A stretch of 64,000 nucleotides of DNA, from positions 32,001-96,000 of IMG/VR virus record IMGVR_UViG_3300047564_002270, one strand, 5' to 3'. Shown here piece by piece: positions 1 through 6,851 of this stretch. The position numbers and the translations under genes are program-made. A model generated the notes under the pieces. The model saw only the letters and a program-made list of their open reading frames with translations, ran no database searches and had not been told where the DNA came from. The stretch's first letter is position 1. Each line of letters starts with the position of its first letter. The DNA comes from a virus.

Positions 1-1
1 A

Positions 2-103
2 ATGTCTTATCCAATTCCAACCAAACAGATTAGTAACCTTGATTGCCGCTATTGGCATATTGAGGGTGCTCCCCTGTTTGCGGATATGGAAAGACATATG
101 TAA
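2..103 (+). CDS. short ORF or 3' end of an upstream gene (MSYPIPTKQ...MERHM)
   Basis: Open frame from the window edge to TAA at 101-103, followed by a terminator. Confidence 0.4.
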   Translation: MSYPIPTKQISNLDCRYWHIEGAPLFADMERHM

Positions 104-124
104 GATGTTTAATCCATAAAAGCA

Positions 125-165
125 AAAAAGGGGAGAGAAACCAAAAGTTTCCTCCCCTTTTTTGT
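125..165 (+). terminator. intrinsic terminator
   Basis: AAAAAAGGGGAG...CTCCCCTTTTTT inverted repeat with T-tract. Confidence 0.7.
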
Positions 166-171
166 TGCTTG

Positions 172-227
172 TGACAGTTTCCTAAGTGTCCACCAACCTC
201 CCCTCAGAGTTCAAATGGTGGTATTCT
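172..227 (+). promoter_or_regulatory. tRNA-array promoter: palindromic TGACAGTT-N4-AAGTGTCC box plus extended -10 (TGGTATTCT)
   Basis: The same palindrome recurs at 11489-11508 next to a sigma70 promoter. Confidence 0.5.
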
Positions 228-286
228 ATACAAGTGGTTGAGAGACCACACCGAACATCGAAAACTGAATATTTACCACATTATAT

Positions 287-358
287 GGGTCTGTAACTCA
301 ACGGTAGAGTAACGGGCTTTTAACCTGGAAGTTGTGAGTTCGAATCTCACCAGACCCA
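287..358 (+). tRNA. tRNA-Lys(TTT)
   Basis: Cloverleaf, anticodon loop CT-TTT-AA, GTTCGAATC T-loop. Confidence 0.93.
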
Positions 359-362
359 TCGT

Positions 363-444
363 GGGAGGATTTCCGAGTGGCTAAAGGAACCTGACTGTAA
401 ATCAGGCGGCTCTGCCTTCGCAGGTTCGAATCCTGCTCCTCCCA
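363..444 (+). tRNA. tRNA-Tyr(GTA)
   Basis: Cloverleaf with long variable arm, loop CT-GTA-AA. Confidence 0.95.
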
Positions 445-448
445 CCTT

Positions 449-522
449 GACCCATTAGTGTAGCGGTCTATCACGCCACCCTGTCACGGTGGAGATCACG
501 GGTTCAAATCCCGTATGGGTCG
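449..522 (+). tRNA. tRNA-Asp(GTC)
   Basis: Cloverleaf, loop CT-GTC-AC. Confidence 0.95.
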
Positions 523-663
523 TTGAGAGTCAGTATTCTAACTCTCACGCATTCTTCAGAGGTTGCCAGTTTGCAGAAGAATGTTGTAGTAATAACTGGA
601 ATTGGGGAGGGATTTCCGCCCGATGATTTTAAATCATCACTTTGCGGGATACCCCTCCCATCT

Positions 664-735
664 GGTCCTATCGTCTAGTGGTGAGGACATCACTCTTTCA
701 CAGTGAAGACACGGGTTCAAATCCCGTTAGGACTA
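664..735 (+). tRNA. tRNA-Glu(TTC)
   Basis: Cloverleaf, TCACT/AGTGA stem, loop CT-TTC-AC. Confidence 0.95.
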
Positions 736-738
736 TAT

Positions 739-815
739 CCAGATGTAGCTCAGTTTGGTAGAGCCCTCCGTTTGGGGCGGAGTTGTCGGAGGTTCAAATC
801 CTTTCATCTGGACCA
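739..815 (+). tRNA. tRNA-Pro(TGG), CCA encoded
   Basis: Cloverleaf, CTCCG/CGGAG stem, loop TT-TGG-GG. Confidence 0.95.
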
Positions 816-888
816 CGGGGAGTAGCTCAGTTGGTAGAGCACGGGATTGAAGATCCTGGTGTCGGCGGTTCAATTCCACCCTCTTCGA
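816..888 (+). tRNA. tRNA-Phe(GAA)
   Basis: Cloverleaf, loop TT-GAA-GA. Confidence 0.92.
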
Positions 889-892
889 CCTT

Positions 893-964
893 GGAACCGT
901 AGCTCAGTGGTAGAGCACTCGGCTGATAACCGAGCGGTCACAAGTTCAAATCTTGTCGGTTCCA
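893..964 (+). tRNA. tRNA-Ile(GAT)
   Basis: Cloverleaf, loop CT-GAT-AA. Confidence 0.95.
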
Positions 965-968
965 CCTT

Positions 969-1058
969 GGAAGTGTGGCAGAGAGGTCTAATGCAGTGGA
1001 TTGCTAATCCGCCGATGTTCTTTAAGGGCATCCGTTGGTTCGAATCCAACCACTTCCG
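969..1058 (+). tRNA. tRNA-Ser(GCT)
   Basis: Cloverleaf with long variable arm, loop TT-GCT-AA. Confidence 0.95.
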
Positions 1059-1143
1059 TTGGAAACATTCTAGAAAATAGAGCCGATATTTCCTCTATCG
1101 AGGTTTGAATGTTCTCCTTGACCGTTGCGGGTAAACGGTCTTT

Positions 1144-1215
1144 GGCAGTGTAGTTCAGTGGTAGAACAAGAGATTCATACCCTCTATGTCGGTAGTTCAA
1201 TTCTACCCACTGCCT
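1144..1215 (+). tRNA. tRNA with CAT anticodon (Met or Ile2)
   Basis: Cloverleaf, loop TT-CAT-AC; no initiator features; T73 discriminator. Confidence 0.85.
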
Positions 1216-1216
1216 T

Positions 1217-1290
1217 GTGTCGTTAGCCTAGTGGTAAGGCAGTGGTTTGTGGAACCACCTAGATGGGTTCAATTCCCATACGACACCCCA
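1217..1290 (+). tRNA. tRNA-His(GTG), CCA encoded
   Basis: Cloverleaf, loop TT-GTG-GA, C73. Confidence 0.93.
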
Positions 1291-1300
1291 ATTCTACATT

Positions 1301-1332
1301 GTAGACCTTATAAATAAAATAAATAGGTCTAC
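1301..1332 (+). promoter_or_regulatory. T4-type late promoter inside a leader hairpin
   Basis: GTAGACCT-[TATAAATA 1309-1316]-AGGTCTAC, ending 4 nt before ATG 1337. Confidence 0.7.
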
Positions 1333-1336
1333 TAAA

Positions 1337-1771
1337 ATGAAGTGTAAGAATTGTGGAAAAGAGCATACTCCATCTAGAAATAGTATAGGAGTATATTGTG
1401 GAAACAAATGTCAACATGAGTTTCAAAAAAAACAAAGGATTTCTGATTGGTTATCTGGTGGGAAACTTCCAGGTAGGGGGGCATTAATTGAATACCTATC
1501 CGAAAATTTGGGTGGGTATAAATGTTCTACATGTGGTATTTCAGAATGGAATAATCTTCCTATTTCATTAGAAATAGACCACATAAATGGAAATCCACAT
1601 GATGATAGTTATGTAAATCTTCGTCTTATATGCCCCAATTGCCATTCCCAAACTCCTACTTTTAAAGGTAAAAACAAAGGGAATGGAAGAATTTCCTTAA
1701 TAGAAAGGAGGCGAGAAGATTATCATAGACAAAAACCGCCCGTTAAGCATTGTGGTGATGCAGCAGTTTAG
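1337..1771 (+). CDS. free-standing HNH homing endonuclease
   Basis: CxxC...LEIDHINGN...NLRLICPNCH motif. Start at MKCKNC; the ORF-track start at 1247 lies in tRNA-His. Confidence 0.9.
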   Translation: MKCKNCGKEHTPSRNSIGVYCGNKCQHEFQKKQRISDWLSGGKLPGRGALIEYLSENLGGYKCSTCGISEWNNLPISLEIDHINGNPHDDSYVNLRLICPNCHSQTPTFKGKNKGNGRISLIERRREDYHRQKPPVKHCGDAAV

Positions 1772-1808
1772 TAAACTGCAGAGAACAGTTCAATTCTGTT
1801 ATCGGGCT
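1738..1808 (+). tRNA. tRNA-Thr(AGT), atypical (A34, A8)
   Basis: GCCCGTT/ATCGGGC acceptor, GCAT/ATGC D-stem, GCAGT-TTAGTAA-ACTGC anticodon arm, AACAG-TTCAATT-CTGTT T-arm. Confidence 0.8.
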
Positions 1809-1880
1809 TCTGAGGTCGCCAAGCGGTAAGGCAGCGGGTTTTGGTCCCGCCATTCGTGGGTTCGAATCCTACCCTCAGAA
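1809..1880 (+). tRNA. tRNA-Gln(TTG)
   Basis: Cloverleaf, GCGGG/CCCGC stem, loop TT-TTG-GT. Confidence 0.95.
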
Positions 1881-1883
1881 CCT

Positions 1884-1958
1884 GTTGGGTTGGTGCAATT
1901 GGTAGCATCTCGGTCTCCAAAACCGAAGATCAGAGTTCAAGTCTCTGGCCCTTCGCCA
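1884..1958 (+). tRNA. tRNA-Trp(CCA), CCA encoded, mismatched acceptor stem
   Basis: TCGGT-CTCCAAA-ACCGA arm, G73; T:T mismatches at 2:71 and 3:70. Confidence 0.85.
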
Positions 1959-1960
1959 AT

Positions 1961-2032
1961 ACCCTGGTAACTCAGTGGAAGAGTGCTTCGCTACGAACGA
2001 AGAAGACGGGGGTTCAAATCCCTCTCAGGGTG
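1961..2032 (+). tRNA. tRNA-Arg(ACG)
   Basis: Cloverleaf, CTTCG-CTACGAA-CGAAG. Confidence 0.93.
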
Positions 2033-2033
2033 C

Positions 2034-2062
2034 TTGACAAATTCTTAAGAGTTTGTTACTAT
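2034..2062 (+). promoter_or_regulatory. sigma70-type promoter
   Basis: TTGACA-17 nt-TACTAT. Confidence 0.75.
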
Positions 2063-2068
2063 ATAAAG

Positions 2069-2214
2069 AGATAGAGGTTAAGTCCCTGTTACATCCTTAT
2101 GAGGTGTATCACACTTAATCCATCAAACGTAGGAAGTGCAATCCCTCTCGCTGGTTAATGCTAGATGAAGGATAAGGTGATTTTGTCCGCACATAGAAAT
2201 CCCTCCTACCACCA
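2069..2214 (+). ncRNA. candidate structured ncRNA ending in CCACCA
   Basis: Lies just downstream of a promoter; hairpins GGTTAAGT/ACTTAATC and TACATC/GGTGTA; GTAGGA/TCCTAC closes a multibranch domain; no credible ORF. Confidence 0.45.
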
Positions 2215-2262
2215 CAAATATTGGTAGATACGCTTATAAATAATACTAGCAAGTTTACCATT

Positions 2263-2730
2263 ATGAGAAAAAGAGCAGATTTAGATAATAACAAAGAATA
2301 TATTATAAAATCTTTGTTGAGTGGAGAAAAATCTCCAACGGATGTCTGTGTTGAATTTAATTGCAAATACGATACTCTTCGTGCCAGAACAAAAGAGTGG
2401 ATTCCAAATTATAAACCAGACTATACTTCAAAGATAAGAACTTGTGGTGGACAAAATAAACATCTTTCTTTGGAACAATATTATCTACATAAAAATAAAA
2501 AATGTAAAAGGTCTATTTTACATAGATTACTTGTAGAAGAAAGGGGTGATTTTTGTTCTGAATGTGGAGTTTCTTCTACTTGGAATGGTAAAGATTTAAG
2601 ATTACAAGTTGACCATATAAATGGAGAATGTTATGATAATAGACCTTGTAATTTAAGATTACTTTGTCCAAACTGTCATTCGCAGACAGAAACATTCTCA
2701 TCAAAACAATCATTAGCGAGAGTGGTGTAA
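2263..2730 (+). CDS. free-standing HNH homing endonuclease
   Basis: CSECG...LQVDHING...NLRLLCPNCH; ATG 2263 follows TATAAATA (2235-2242). Confidence 0.9.
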   Translation: MRKRADLDNNKEYIIKSLLSGEKSPTDVCVEFNCKYDTLRARTKEWIPNYKPDYTSKIRTCGGQNKHLSLEQYYLHKNKKCKRSILHRLLVEERGDFCSECGVSSTWNGKDLRLQVDHINGECYDNRPCNLRLLCPNCHSQTETFSSKQSLARVV

Positions 2731-2797
2731 TTGGTAGCCACGTTGCTCTTAGAAAGCAATGCTGAAAAGTGTAAGGGTTCGAGTCCCTTCTCTCGCA
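2716..2797 (+). tRNA. tRNA-Leu(TAG)
   Basis: Cloverleaf with variable arm, TTGCT-CTTAGAA-AGCAA. Confidence 0.92.
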
Positions 2798-2798
2798 C

Positions 2799-2827
2799 TT
2801 GACAATCAAACTAAAATAGTTTATGAT
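2799..2827 (+). promoter_or_regulatory. sigma70-type promoter
   Basis: TTGACA-17 nt-TATGAT, overlapped by inverted repeat GACAATCA/TGATTGTC. Confidence 0.7.
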
Positions 2828-2837
2828 TGTCTTATAA

Positions 2838-2909
2838 GCGGAGTTAGTTCAGCGGTAGAACGCTATCCTTCCAAGTTAGATGTCGTCGGTTCGATTCCGA
2901 TACTCCGCT
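2838..2909 (+). tRNA. tRNA-Gly(TCC)
   Basis: Cloverleaf, loop CT-TCC-AA, U73. Confidence 0.93.
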
Positions 2910-2929
2910 CTGAACCTTCGGGTTCTTAT

Positions 2930-3002
2930 TGCCCTATAGCTCAATTGGCAGAGCACGGAGCTGTTAACTCTGGGGTTCTTGGTTCGAGTCCAAGTGGGGC
3001 AG
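2930..3002 (+). tRNA. tRNA-Asn(GTT)
   Basis: Cloverleaf, loop CT-GTT-AA. Confidence 0.95.
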
Positions 3003-3157
3003 TTGGAAGGTCTGGAAATTTTCGGATCTTCCTCTAAATCCTAAAGTCTAGAATTTAGGTCGGGGACTTGATCACCCCCGTTCGGATAGGTAAGGAAAGT
3101 AAAAGGAGCATGGGCACCCTCTTTGCGGGGGAGATACCGCACCTGCCTTATCCTTAA

Positions 3158-3229
3158 CCTCTGGTAGTCTATTGGTAAGGACAGGCGGACAACGCACTTG
3201 GAAACTAGGTTCGATTCCTAGACAGAGGT
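3158..3229 (+). tRNA. tRNA-like gene with aberrant anticodon arm (pseudo or undetermined)
   Basis: Good acceptor CCTCTG/CAGAGG, D-arm and CTAGG-TTCGATT-CCTAG T-arm; anticodon arm AGGCGGACAACGCACTT is non-canonical. Confidence 0.7.
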
Positions 3230-3232
3230 CAC

Positions 3233-3304
3233 GGGCGATTAACTCAGCGGTAGAGTGCCTCCTTTACACGGAGATGGTCACTGGTTCGAATCCAGTATCG
3301 CCCA
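3233..3304 (+). tRNA. tRNA-Val(TAC)
   Basis: Cloverleaf, loop TT-TAC-AC. Confidence 0.95.
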
Positions 3305-3314
3305 TAAGAAATGA

Positions 3315-3352
3315 AAAAACCTCAGGAGCGGCCACCCCTGAGGTTTTATTTT
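3315..3352. terminator. bidirectional intrinsic terminator ending the first tRNA block
   Basis: AAAAAACCTCAGG-loop-CCTGAGGTTTTATTTT. Confidence 0.75.
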
Positions 3353-3437
3353 GACCACACACGTCCCGTTGAGGACATACGTATTTATACAATTTGAAAC
3401 AAATTAATCGTTTAAATTATTAAGGAGTTATAAAGTA

Positions 3438-3445
3438 TATAAATA
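3438..3445 (+). promoter_or_regulatory. T4-type late promoter
   Basis: Exact TATAAATA; a divergent copy lies on the - strand at 3382-3389. Confidence 0.65.
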
Positions 3446-3745
3446 AAATCAAGAGGAGCAATCCTCAGAGTTAGAGACAGCAGACGTATTACTCAGTGAT
3501 TCCTTTTTTGGTTCACTCATTAATGCTTCATTGGGTCTCCTAGATTTTCTTAGGAAAGTCTAAATCACACACGTCACGTATCTCTAACAGGAGATATGTT
3601 CAATCCCGAAGAGAAGTATTCCCAGAGGACTCGGCCAAAGTTCTCTGAGGCAAGGATTCTTCTGGCAATATGTCAGGGAAGGATTGTGCATATCTCTCCA
3701 AAATTACTTATATACACTTTCTTTCCCTTACGGAGAATAAAAAAA

Positions 3746-4648
3746 ATGGCTGATGTAACCGCTTACATGGGTGTAGACCCAGCACTTGCAGATATTCGCA
3801 GAGAAGGTTCTGTAGAGCGTGGAGAAATCCGCTACGATGTTGCTACTCGTGCTGGCGACATTCGTAGAGAAACCGCAGAAGGTATTAGCGAAGTTCGTTA
3901 TGACGTTGCTACCCGCACTGCTGACAACCGTTATGCTAATGCAATCGGTCAAAGCGACATTCGTAAAGAGCAAGCAATCGGTTTTGGTGATACCAGATAC
4001 GCTATTGCTGAGCACTCAGAAGCAACCAACCGTGACGTTTTAACAAGTGGTTTCAATACCAATGTTAAAGTAGACGAAGCTGCTGACAAAATTCAGCAAA
4101 GAGCTGCTGACTTCTACATTGCTGGTCAAGCAAGAGATTTTGATAACTCCCGTGATCTTGCTGCTCTGAAGGCATTCACAGATATGTCTTCTCAAAAACT
4201 CAGCAGTGAGATCCTTCTTGCTACTGAGAAGGCTGCTACTGCTAATGCTCTTGCGTCTGAAAAAGTTGCTGCTGCTGTAGCACTTGAGTCAGCAAGATTA
4301 GGCACTGCTGTAGCACTGGGTCAGTCACAAATCAGCAAAGAAGTTGCTGAAAGTAAGTATGACCTCAGTAAGCAAATGGCTTATGAGAATGAGAAGACCC
4401 GTGACCTCATCAACGACCTCAAGAACTCTGACCTTAACCGTCAGCTCATTGAGCGTAATAGTGATATTAACTATTATCGCCAAGATTGCAATCGTTGGGA
4501 AGGTCTGTATGGCAATGGCCAGTTTGCTCAACTTGCTTCACAAATCAATGCTCTGCAGTCAAACTTAGCAGAAACTCGCCAGGGTCTCTATAACTTTGGA
4601 ACCATGGCTGGTGTAGGTCAATCCTCAAACCAAAATCAGGTTCGCTGA
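3746..4648 (+). CDS. hendecad-repeat coiled-coil protein, unknown function (300 aa)
   Basis: RBS CGGAGA before ATG 3746; seven 11-aa repeats x[DE][IVNT]R[RYK]; codon usage resembles highly expressed genes. Confidence 0.85.
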   Translation: MADVTAYMGVDPALADIRREGSVERGEIRYDVATRAGDIRRETAEGISEVRYDVATRTADNRYANAIGQSDIRKEQAIGFGDTRYAIAEHSEATNRDVLTSGFNTNVKVDEAADKIQQRAADFYIAGQARDFDNSRDLAALKAFTDMSSQKLSSEILLATEKAATANALASEKVAAAVALESARLGTAVALGQSQISKEVAESKYDLSKQMAYENEKTRDLINDLKNSDLNRQLIERNSDINYYRQDCNRWEGLYGNGQFAQLASQINALQSNLAETRQGLYNFGTMAGVGQSSNQNQVR

Positions 4649-4666
4649 TTATTCATAGTTAAACTT

Positions 4667-4692
4667 GGGAGGGAAATATTCCCTCCCTTATT
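4667..4692 (+). terminator. hairpin/attenuating terminator after the coiled-coil gene
   Basis: GGGAGGGAA-ATA-TTCCCTCCC-TTATT. Confidence 0.6.
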
Positions 4693-4707
4693 ACAGGAGA
4701 ATTAACT

Positions 4708-5313
4708 ATGTCTATGGATGATTATGATAGACAACTTATAGAGCTAAATGCTCTTCTTACTGCTGCCAGAAGTCACGGAACCCAAGAGCAGGTGGATTTT
4801 GCTTTGCAAAATATTCAAAAGGCCCTGGGAAATGAGACTCCAAACGGTGGAACAAACATTTCTAATATTACTGTAAATGTCGAAGATGATGATTGCGATG
4901 ATGTGTGCCCACCTGGTCCTCCTGGGCCACCTGGGCCTCCTGGTCCTCCAGGTGAACCAGGACCTCCCGGTCCTCCAGGTGAGCAGGGACCTCCTGGTCC
5001 TCAAGGACCGATAGGAATTTGCAGTTGTAAATGCTCCACACGCCTTGTAACTACCAATTACACGGCAACCTGTGATGATTACTATATTGGAGTTAAATCT
5101 GATGGTCCAGTGACGATTTCACTGCCAGAAGAATGTACCGATTGCTGCGAATTAATTATCAAAGCAGAAATGGGACCTCCTCTTGGAAATAGGAAAGTTA
5201 CTGTTCAGGCAACAGGTGCCAGTTATATTGATGGCACAGACAAATATGTTATAGAAGTCCCGTATCAATCTGTGAATATTATTTGTAGAGATGGAGATTG
5301 GCACATCATCTAA
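4708..5313 (+). CDS. collagen-like protein (about 11-12 G-X-Y triplets, GPP-rich, Cys-flanked) with C-terminal beta domain
   Basis: [36 protein letters not shown]; RBS AGGAG. Confidence 0.88.
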   Translation: MSMDDYDRQLIELNALLTAARSHGTQEQVDFALQNIQKALGNETPNGGTNISNITVNVEDDDCDDVCPPGPPGPPGPPGPPGEPGPPGPPGEQGPPGPQGPIGICSCKCSTRLVTTNYTATCDDYYIGVKSDGPVTISLPEECTDCCELIIKAEMGPPLGNRKVTVQATGASYIDGTDKYVIEVPYQSVNIICRDGDWHII

Positions 5314-5322
5314 GGAGAAAAA

Positions 5323-5934
5323 ATGGCTTACTTAGCACAACCTACCTCAAAGACAGAATATGGTGTTGTGGGTGTTGGTAGTTTTATCAATGTTCTTGAT
5401 GGGTTTATTTCTTTAGAACAAGATGTATCACCTACTAGTGTTGTATCTTTTTCTCAGGTTAATGTTGGAAATAAAGATGTAGTTACTTCAGTAAATCCAG
5501 TTGCTGGAGATGGCATCTCAATTACCGATTTAGTTTCGATAGGAAACACAGTTGGATTTGCGGTTTCAAATATAGGTGTTCTATCTTTATCTGCCGGTTC
5601 TGGAATTTCAATTTCCAATACCACCGGAAATATTACAATCTCGGCATCTGGTGCAGACCTGATTGCTACGATTGGAGTTACTGGTGCTTATACTGCAACT
5701 GCAAGTGATGAATATATTGGCGTTTTCAGTGCCTCTGCAGTCACAATTACTCTTCCCATTGGAATTACTGGAAGAGTTTATACAATTAAAGATGAATATG
5801 GTCAGGGATCTGGAAAGATTACAATTAAACCTTCTGGAGCAGAAAAGGTTGATAATTCAAATACTTATGTAATATCGGTGCCGTATCAATCGGTATCGGT
5901 GGTATTTCGTGGCGGACAATGGAGAATTATTTAA
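5323..5934 (+). CDS. fibre-like structural protein, C-terminal domain paralogous to 4708..5313
   Basis: AG(D/S)GISI repeats; shared YTAT..D.YIGV....VTI.LP ... YVI.VPYQSV....R.G.W.II. Confidence 0.8.
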   Translation: MAYLAQPTSKTEYGVVGVGSFINVLDGFISLEQDVSPTSVVSFSQVNVGNKDVVTSVNPVAGDGISITDLVSIGNTVGFAVSNIGVLSLSAGSGISISNTTGNITISASGADLIATIGVTGAYTATASDEYIGVFSASAVTITLPIGITGRVYTIKDEYGQGSGKITIKPSGAEKVDNSNTYVISVPYQSVSVVFRGGQWRII

Positions 5935-6680
5935 ATCTAAACTTTAAAGTCAGAAAATCACCTTCGGAAGAAAGTGATCTAATCTATAAGAGCGATAATA
6001 CAAAATGTATTCAAGAAATCGCTGACCTAAGACAGTGGGATACTCTTGTAGAAAATCAGGGAACCTTAAGTGCTTGTAGTGGTTCTGCCATTACAAGTGC
6101 CTATGAACTGATGGTAAAGCAATTGTATCCAGAACAGTCTGTGGAATTAAGTGATTTGTTTGTTTATTACAATGCTCGCTTGAATGAAGGAACAGTCAAT
6201 CGGGATATTGGAATTTACGTTAAGACTGGTATGAGTGTTCTAAAAGAATATGGTGTTTGCTCTGAAGATCTATGGCCTTATGATTTAGAAATGTGGGATG
6301 ATAAACCTCCCAATATTGCTTATGATGATGCTGAAAAAAGAAAAATTTTACAGTATCAAAAAGTAACCAGCACATATTATCTCACTGAAGTGTTGAGTGA
6401 CAACAAACCAGTTGTTTTCGGTATGGAAATATATGATAGTTTTATGGAATTAGATAACCGTATTTCGACTGTGCCATTCCCTTCACGTAAGGAAAAAAGT
6501 CAAGGTGGACACGCAATGTGTATGGTTGGTTACGACCTAGAAAAAAGACTTTTTCTTGCGAAGAATAGTTTTGGAACCAATTGGGGAATGGAAGGGTATT
6601 GTTGGGTCCCTTTTGATTACCTTAAACAGGAAGGATACGATGCGTGGATATTTGATATTCCACCCCAAGTAGGAACCTAA
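5919..6680 (+). CDS. papain-family (C1A, xylellain-like) cysteine peptidase
   Basis: DLR..NQG...AC (catalytic Cys), GGHAMCMVGYD (His), KNSFGTNWGMEGY (Asn). Confidence 0.9.
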   Translation: MENYLNLNFKVRKSPSEESDLIYKSDNTKCIQEIADLRQWDTLVENQGTLSACSGSAITSAYELMVKQLYPEQSVELSDLFVYYNARLNEGTVNRDIGIYVKTGMSVLKEYGVCSEDLWPYDLEMWDDKPPNIAYDDAEKRKILQYQKVTSTYYLTEVLSDNKPVVFGMEIYDSFMELDNRISTVPFPSRKEKSQGGHAMCMVGYDLEKRLFLAKNSFGTNWGMEGYCWVPFDYLKQEGYDAWIFDIPPQVGT

Positions 6681-6681
6681 A

Positions 6682-6831
6682 ATGTACGACTATTACCGAC
6701 CCTATGACTACTACCGTCCGTATGGATATGGATATCATAGGTATTATGATTCTTGTTGTTATAGACCTTGGTATTATGGACCATATTCGTATAGTTCATA
6801 TCCTTTTTATCCTTACAGACCTTATTACTAA
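6682..6831 (+). CDS. 49-aa tyrosine-rich peptide (21 Tyr), not in ORF track
   Basis: MYDYYRPYDYYRPYGYGYHRYYDSCCYRPWYYGPYSYSSYPFYPYRPYY; AGGA RBS; abuts both neighbours. Confidence 0.75.
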   Translation: MYDYYRPYDYYRPYGYGYHRYYDSCCYRPWYYGPYSYSSYPFYPYRPYY

Positions 6832-6851
6832 CAATTTAAATGGAGGAAATT

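Noticed and set aside
847-3354. ORF-track entries 847..1080, 988..1200, 1841..2074, 2115..2366, 2576..2809, 2759..3037, 3172..3354
   Set aside because: They overlap tRNA genes or lie antisense to HNH genes; no RBS or protein-like features
3596-3745. 50-aa N-terminal extension of the coiled-coil protein; also extensions at 1247, 2221, 9971, 19381, 22007, 23133, 54147
   Set aside because: They run through tRNAs, promoters or structured leaders; better RBS/ATG downstream
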